Source: a virus. Taken from it: DNA of 64,000 bases. The stretch is from IMG/VR virus record IMGVR_UViG_3300034102_002416. One strand, 5' to 3'. Every line of letters starts with the position of its first letter. Positions within the stretch are counted from its first letter, which is position 1. Below the pieces are notes generated by a model. The model did not search any database and was not told the origin of the DNA. It saw nothing but the letters and a program-made list of their open reading frames with translations. Below are positions 59,443-64,000 of the stretch, one piece after another. Made by a program: the position numbers and the translations under genes.

Positions 59443-60689
59443 AGTTCATATTCCTCAGTTATATCCGTATCGCTTAAATCAATTTTATCTGAACCAATTG
59501 CCGTTTCTATTATACGTATTTTTCCGGCATCTATAACTACATATCTAAATTCGTTTGTAACTCGTATACGATCTTTTCTAAAAACAATAAATTGTAAATC
59601 GTTACCTATAATTGAATCAACAGCTTCTTGTAAATCTACATCTAACATTTCTGGTTGTCGTACGTATTTTAATCGACGAAGTTCTGTGTTAATATATGTA
59701 ATGTCCTGACTACCATCATCGATAGGCTTAATAGTTACTGATCCATCAATTGTTTGTTTTAATGGCTCAATTGACATTTCTATAGGAGTAGCATTTGGTC
59801 CGCGTAAAATAACATTAGTATATCCTTGTATTTCAGAATTTAATAAGTTAGCTTCTCGATAAAATTGCATTAAAAATTGTTTATCTTTCATATTTAAATT
59901 TCCAGCTAAAATAAATGTGCGCCGATCATCTAAATATGCAATAGAATTTAACAACGATTCGTTAAAATATTTATGAAATTTAAATTTTGGGTTTTCAACA
60001 GTTCCTCGTAATTGATCTAGACGTTTCAAAGTTGTTACTATTTCATCCCAAAATTTAAATCTAGTAACACTAGCTTTAGTACCCAATCGAATCGATTTAG
60101 CATTTCCTTTCCCACCAGTATAATCTTTTATTTCATAGGATCGTCCATTTGCTGTCATATCAAATGATACTCCGCTGCCGTTTATTCGTGATCCTTTGAT
60201 TAAAGATGCTAATAAAATTTCACCTTTTCCTATACCCTTAGGTTCTAATTTGAATAAATCATGTCCAATGCCGGATTTGAAGTTTATAGTATTTAACTCA
60301 TCCTCTGTAACATCATTCAATGTATATAACAAAGAAGCAAACATTACAGATTGTTCCGAATTCAATTGATTTAAAAAATTTAAAGTTATAGCATCTGCTT
60401 CAGTTGGTAATAAATTTAAAAATTCTCGAAATTCATTGGTTTTATTTGCTTGTTGAATTGCATTAATTAATAATTGATTTTCGATAGAATCAAATTGTAT
60501 AGATTCAGTAACGAGTTGTTTAACGTTACCTCGAGCTCGTTCTACAATCAGTCGTGCTTCGTCTGGAGATATATTTACCACTTCTAATAAAACATCATAT
60601 AATGTCTCATAATCTTTAGATGCAGTAGGATATCCTTTTGGTAATCGATAACACCATTCTGTTAATATTAAATTAATGTCTATGTTCAT
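59439..60689 (-). CDS. Leader-bearing protein with PD-(D/E)XK nuclease-like motif
   Basis: MNIDINLILTE; GKGEILL...FDMTANGRSYEIK; late motif at 60713-60720. Confidence 0.5.
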   Translation of the reverse strand: MNIDINLILTEWCYRLPKGYPTASKDYETLYDVLLEVVNISPDEARLIVERARGNVKQLVTESIQFDSIENQLLINAIQQANKTNEFREFLNLLPTEADAITLNFLNQLNSEQSVMFASLLYTLNDVTEDELNTINFKSGIGHDLFKLEPKGIGKGEILLASLIKGSRINGSGVSFDMTANGRSYEIKDYTGGKGNAKSIRLGTKASVTRFKFWDEIVTTLKRLDQLRGTVENPKFKFHKYFNESLLNSIAYLDDRRTFILAGNLNMKDKQFLMQFYREANLLNSEIQGYTNVILRGPNATPIEMSIEPLKQTIDGSVTIKPIDDGSQDITYINTELRRLKYVRQPEMLDVDLQEAVDSIIGNDLQFIVFRKDRIRVTNEFRYVVIDAGKIRIIETAIGSDKIDLSDTDITEEYEL

Positions 60690-62008
60690 AACGAGATTGT
60701 TTTCATTTTACTATAAATATTAGCAACTTTCACTTTTACTGGAAAATTACCTTGTTCCAATGCCTGTTTTATCTGTGGTATGAGTTGTTGAGCTTCTTCA
60801 AATTTACTGTCTATCAAAATACTATCATACGTGTACAATATGAGTTTAGTTTCATAGTCGTGTAATATTTGTTGAACTGTTTGTAATTTTTGCACAGATA
60901 CCTCCGTTTCCATTGCTTGTAAATAATAGTTAAACACTTTGTTTGCGGTTGGATTTGAAATCATATCATGTGTAATTTGTCGTTTTAAAATCGGTGTTTC
61001 TATTCGCTTTTTTGTTTTCCAAGTATTCCATAATGAATAAATAAAATCATTTACCTTAGCAAAAAATGGAACGGATAAAAATTCTCGATCGATTCCACCA
61101 TATAACAAACGAAATGTTATTTGTTTGCTTTGTTCGTATTGTTCTTCTGTTAATTGTTCAGTGTCAAAATAGAACCGGCCAAAATATTCATGCACAGATC
61201 CAGCCGGTAACTCATATCCAATTATCCTAGCAATCAATCTAACATGATATGCATCAAAGTCCATTTCCACTAATGCTCCATTATCAAATCTGCTACAAAA
61301 TGCTGCACGTGTACCATCTTCTTTGTTCATTGCAGCAAAATTGAATCCTCGAGCTGCATTACTAGGTCGACCCGTAACCGTGTGATAGTTATAACTTGAA
61401 TACACTCGACCAGCATTAACTAAATCTGGCATACGGAATGTTTCATTAACAGCTAATCCCGTGCTTTCAATTTCAGCAAAAACTTTAGGATATATTTCAT
61501 TGAACCGTAAATATGAAGTTGACAGTTCGGCATTCATACACATCGGCCAAGCATATTTTCTAATTTTCTGACACATAGCTAAATGTTGTTGTAATGGCAC
61601 AATTGCATTAACATGTGCTAATGTTTGATGACGTCGCCAATAAAATGAATGAGCCGTTGTTGGATAATGTGATTCATCATATGCTTCATTGTATGTATAC
61701 CACCATAACGTCTTTATATCCAATACGGCATCATTTCCTCCGATTTGAAGCCAGGTTTTCTTGTCATGGACAAATATATTGCGTAATGCTAAAAAGTCTG
61801 GCAATCGTTTTGAAAACCCGGTTATCTGTTCTGTATGCCGGATTGGTATTAATCTTTCTACATCATCTTCAGTATAAATATAAATTGCAATAACTGGATT
61901 AATAACAGGATGTAATACTGGACTTGATAGTATTGGTATTAACAGAGTTCGCTTCTGTGCACAGTATTGCAATATTGCATCAATTTCATCTGCATGATCC
62001 GTTATCAT
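60686..62008 (-). CDS. Divergent family A DNA polymerase domain protein
   Basis: TVTGRPS, motif A EMDFDAYHVR, motif B SKQITFRLLYGG, NYYLQ, motif C YTYDSIL. Confidence 0.75.
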   Translation of the reverse strand: MITDHADEIDAILQYCAQKRTLLIPILSSPVLHPVINPVIAIYIYTEDDVERLIPIRHTEQITGFSKRLPDFLALRNIFVHDKKTWLQIGGNDAVLDIKTLWWYTYNEAYDESHYPTTAHSFYWRRHQTLAHVNAIVPLQQHLAMCQKIRKYAWPMCMNAELSTSYLRFNEIYPKVFAEIESTGLAVNETFRMPDLVNAGRVYSSYNYHTVTGRPSNAARGFNFAAMNKEDGTRAAFCSRFDNGALVEMDFDAYHVRLIARIIGYELPAGSVHEYFGRFYFDTEQLTEEQYEQSKQITFRLLYGGIDREFLSVPFFAKVNDFIYSLWNTWKTKKRIETPILKRQITHDMISNPTANKVFNYYLQAMETEVSVQKLQTVQQILHDYETKLILYTYDSILIDSKFEEAQQLIPQIKQALEQGNFPVKVKVANIYSKMKTISL

Positions 62009-62045
62009 ACATTAAATATAAGAAAAATATTTCAATAAAACAATG

Positions 62046-62654
62046 TTATTGATTAATATCTGCAGGTACCACGTAATCCGAGTCAGAATAATATTGTAAT
62101 AAATCAGTAAAGAATGTAAATATATCAGGAATCGATTCTTGTAACTTGGTTAGTGTTTCTAAGTTTTTAGTGTATACACCTGGTTTTAATACGCCACCTT
62201 CATATACATCGGTAGTTGGTCCGGAGATATACCATTTAAACTGAAATGCTTGGTATAAATTATTATCTATTTGCCGAGCAATCCATTTTGTATATTGACC
62301 TGAATCGATTTCGGTTATTAAATTTTTATTTAACTGATATAAAATATATCTAGTAATGAATCCAGCTGTACGATCTGCTTCTGTGATTGTTGGTATACTA
62401 GTTACCGGCGGATCAAATTTTGTTTGTACAGTTTTTATTCTTTTGTACTGTTTCGTTAACTCGGATTCAAATACTATAGCAAATAATTTGATTGATGTTT
62501 GTGGATTCCATGTTGCACCAGAAAATACTTCACCGGTAGTGTATGTATGATATGGACCTATATATTCTTTCTGAGCTGAATTCATTAACTCAGATCCAGT
62601 AGTATATAGATTTTTAGTAATCTGACTTGGGGTGTAATGTAAACGTTGTCTCAT
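62046..62654 (-). CDS. Hypothetical protein (probable tail/baseplate region)
   Basis: NLYTTGSE...YIGPYH...WYISG; follows a structural-like gene. Confidence 0.55.
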   Translation of the reverse strand: MRQRLHYTPSQITKNLYTTGSELMNSAQKEYIGPYHTYTTGEVFSGATWNPQTSIKLFAIVFESELTKQYKRIKTVQTKFDPPVTSIPTITEADRTAGFITRYILYQLNKNLITEIDSGQYTKWIARQIDNNLYQAFQFKWYISGPTTDVYEGGVLKPGVYTKNLETLTKLQESIPDIFTFFTDLLQYYSDSDYVVPADINQ

Positions 62655-64000
62655 TCTAATATCCGAACTCTAGGTACACATCTAATTTTAGTAGTCCAAT
62701 CGCCAGTGTTTGAAACTTCATGTGTAACTGCCATTATAGTAAATACAAATGCATCTGTATATCTTCTCGGTAACCCAGCAAATGTTAAAACATCTCCATA
62801 TTTAAATCCATTAATACCATCAATTGTAAACTCTAATTCCATTGGAAACACAGTTTTATTACGTTGTATCGATTTTTTAATATCAGGCGTAAAATATGAT
62901 ATATATTGTTCTAAAACTTTAGCAAATGTTTTTTTAAGTACCGGGTCATCTGGTCTTTTTGAAAAAGTATTTTTAACAGTAGCCAAATCTTTGAGTGATT
63001 GTTCGTGATTAGCTCGCCACTCTTTTTCTAATTCAATTCTTTGCGCTTCAGTTCCATATATATATCCGTTATATGCAACTTGTTTCTGTGTACCGGTTGC
63101 CCCAGATGTAATACCAAAAATCATATTTTTAATTGAATTCGGTACATTTGATGTTAGTGAAAAATCACGAACTACTGATTGGCCAGTTTTTGATGTAAAT
63201 ATTGGAATTTCAAATTCTGTTACAACTCTGTCTGAATCAACATAATTTACATCAGTATATAATAAAGCATCTGGAATTATAGGATCTTGCACTAACACCA
63301 TACGTATAGCATTGCCAGTAGAAGTATATATTATATTACTTAATTTATTTAAAAAATGTCTAATAGATAAATCTGGTTTTTCTTGTGCGGACATTTCATT
63401 AATAATGTTTTGTATAACATCAATGTTTATGTATATTCGAGATGGATATGATACCCCAGCTGACCCTGCTATTACAGAAAATCCTTCTGATTGTGGGTTA
63501 ACGTTTGGAAACATTTTTAATGGGGAATCGGGTGGCCCAGCTGGGGTAACTTCAGGAACATCAGCCGTAGTTCCGAATATCACAGCTTCGCCTAATGGAG
63601 GTTGTGTAGTTATATCATAATTATATACATCAGTCTTAATACCGTTGGTGCCAGACCATAACAATATATTTTCTGGATCTGCTGATACTATTTTTTCATA
63701 AAAATTACTTAAACATACCGAATCATTACATACTATTCGCGATCCGACACGTTCTAATGCAAATGTATTAATATAGTTAATTAAATATCCTAAAGTTATT
63801 AAACGATGTTGATGTGGCGAATTAGTATTTCCTATTTTATATGGCACTCCAACTAATAAACCTTGATCTTTAGTTCCGGATGTTATTTGCTCAAATTCTA
63901 TATTCTCTTTGCCAGTTTCTTTGTATGCTTGAATAATATCATCAATTTGTCTCGATAATCCGGCGTACAAATCGCTAACTTGATTTTCAACATCTTTACC
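62651..64000 (-). CDS. Putative baseplate hub / tail protein (partial, 5' end outside window)
   Basis: C-terminal FPMELEFTIDGINGFKYGD...FTIMAVTHEV...WTTKI resembles the end of gp27/hub-type folds. Confidence 0.5.
   Translation of the reverse strand, partial: GKDVENQVSDLYAGLSRQIDDIIQAYKETGKENIEFEQITSGTKDQGLLVGVPYKIGNTNSPHQHRLITLGYLINYINTFALERVGSRIVCNDSVCLSNFYEKIVSADPENILLWSGTNGIKTDVYNYDITTQPPLGEAVIFGTTADVPEVTPAGPPDSPLKMFPNVNPQSEGFSVIAGSAGVSYPSRIYINIDVIQNIINEMSAQEKPDLSIRHFLNKLSNIIYTSTGNAIRMVLVQDPIIPDALLYTDVNYVDSDRVVTEFEIPIFTSKTGQSVVRDFSLTSNVPNSIKNMIFGITSGATGTQKQVAYNGYIYGTEAQRIELEKEWRANHEQSLKDLATVKNTFSKRPDDPVLKKTFAKVLEQYISYFTPDIKKSIQRNKTVFPMELEFTIDGINGFKYGDVLTFAGLPRRYTDAFVFTIMAVTHEVSNTGDWTTKIRCVPRVRILE

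Overview
This window is a 64-kb segment of a large, AT-rich lytic dsDNA phage with a T4-like replication module. Nearly every real gene lies on the minus strand, and translation follows the standard code. The host is probably Bacteroidota, inferred from TTG...TA(T/A)(A/T)T promoter-like sites and weak Shine-Dalgarno signals. By coordinate it contains: (1) 1-14.3 kb, a MoxR/CobS AAA ATPase with a CobT/VWA-like partner, ClpS, an HNH-like protein and many small proteins sharing an N-terminal M-x-KL-xx-(I/L)L-x-E leader; (2) 14.3-17.4 kb, a lysis region (holins, endolysin) that also holds an unusual tandem-PAS membrane protein; (3) 17.5-35.3 kb, an 18-gene glycosylation island, including what looks like a higher-carbon branched-sugar (erwiniose-type) pathway and a sugar C-methyltransferase; (4) 36-62 kb, the replication core (clamp, clamp loaders, PolB, helicase, 5'-3' exonuclease, RecA, SSB, NrdJ, dUTPase, divergent PolA), interleaved with a 7-deazaguanine DNA-modification system (FolE, QueD, QueE, DpdA-like, DpdL-like, glycosyltransferase, cytidylyltransferase; no QueC seen) and with inserted leader-plus-variable-payload cassettes; (5) 62-64 kb, probable structural genes. 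Best novelty candidates are the capsid-targeting-leader cargo family and its cassettes, a possible glycosylated deazaguanine DNA base, phage-encoded branched C10 sugar synthesis, and a PAS sensor in the lysis region. All family assignments come from motif recognition by eye, without database searches.
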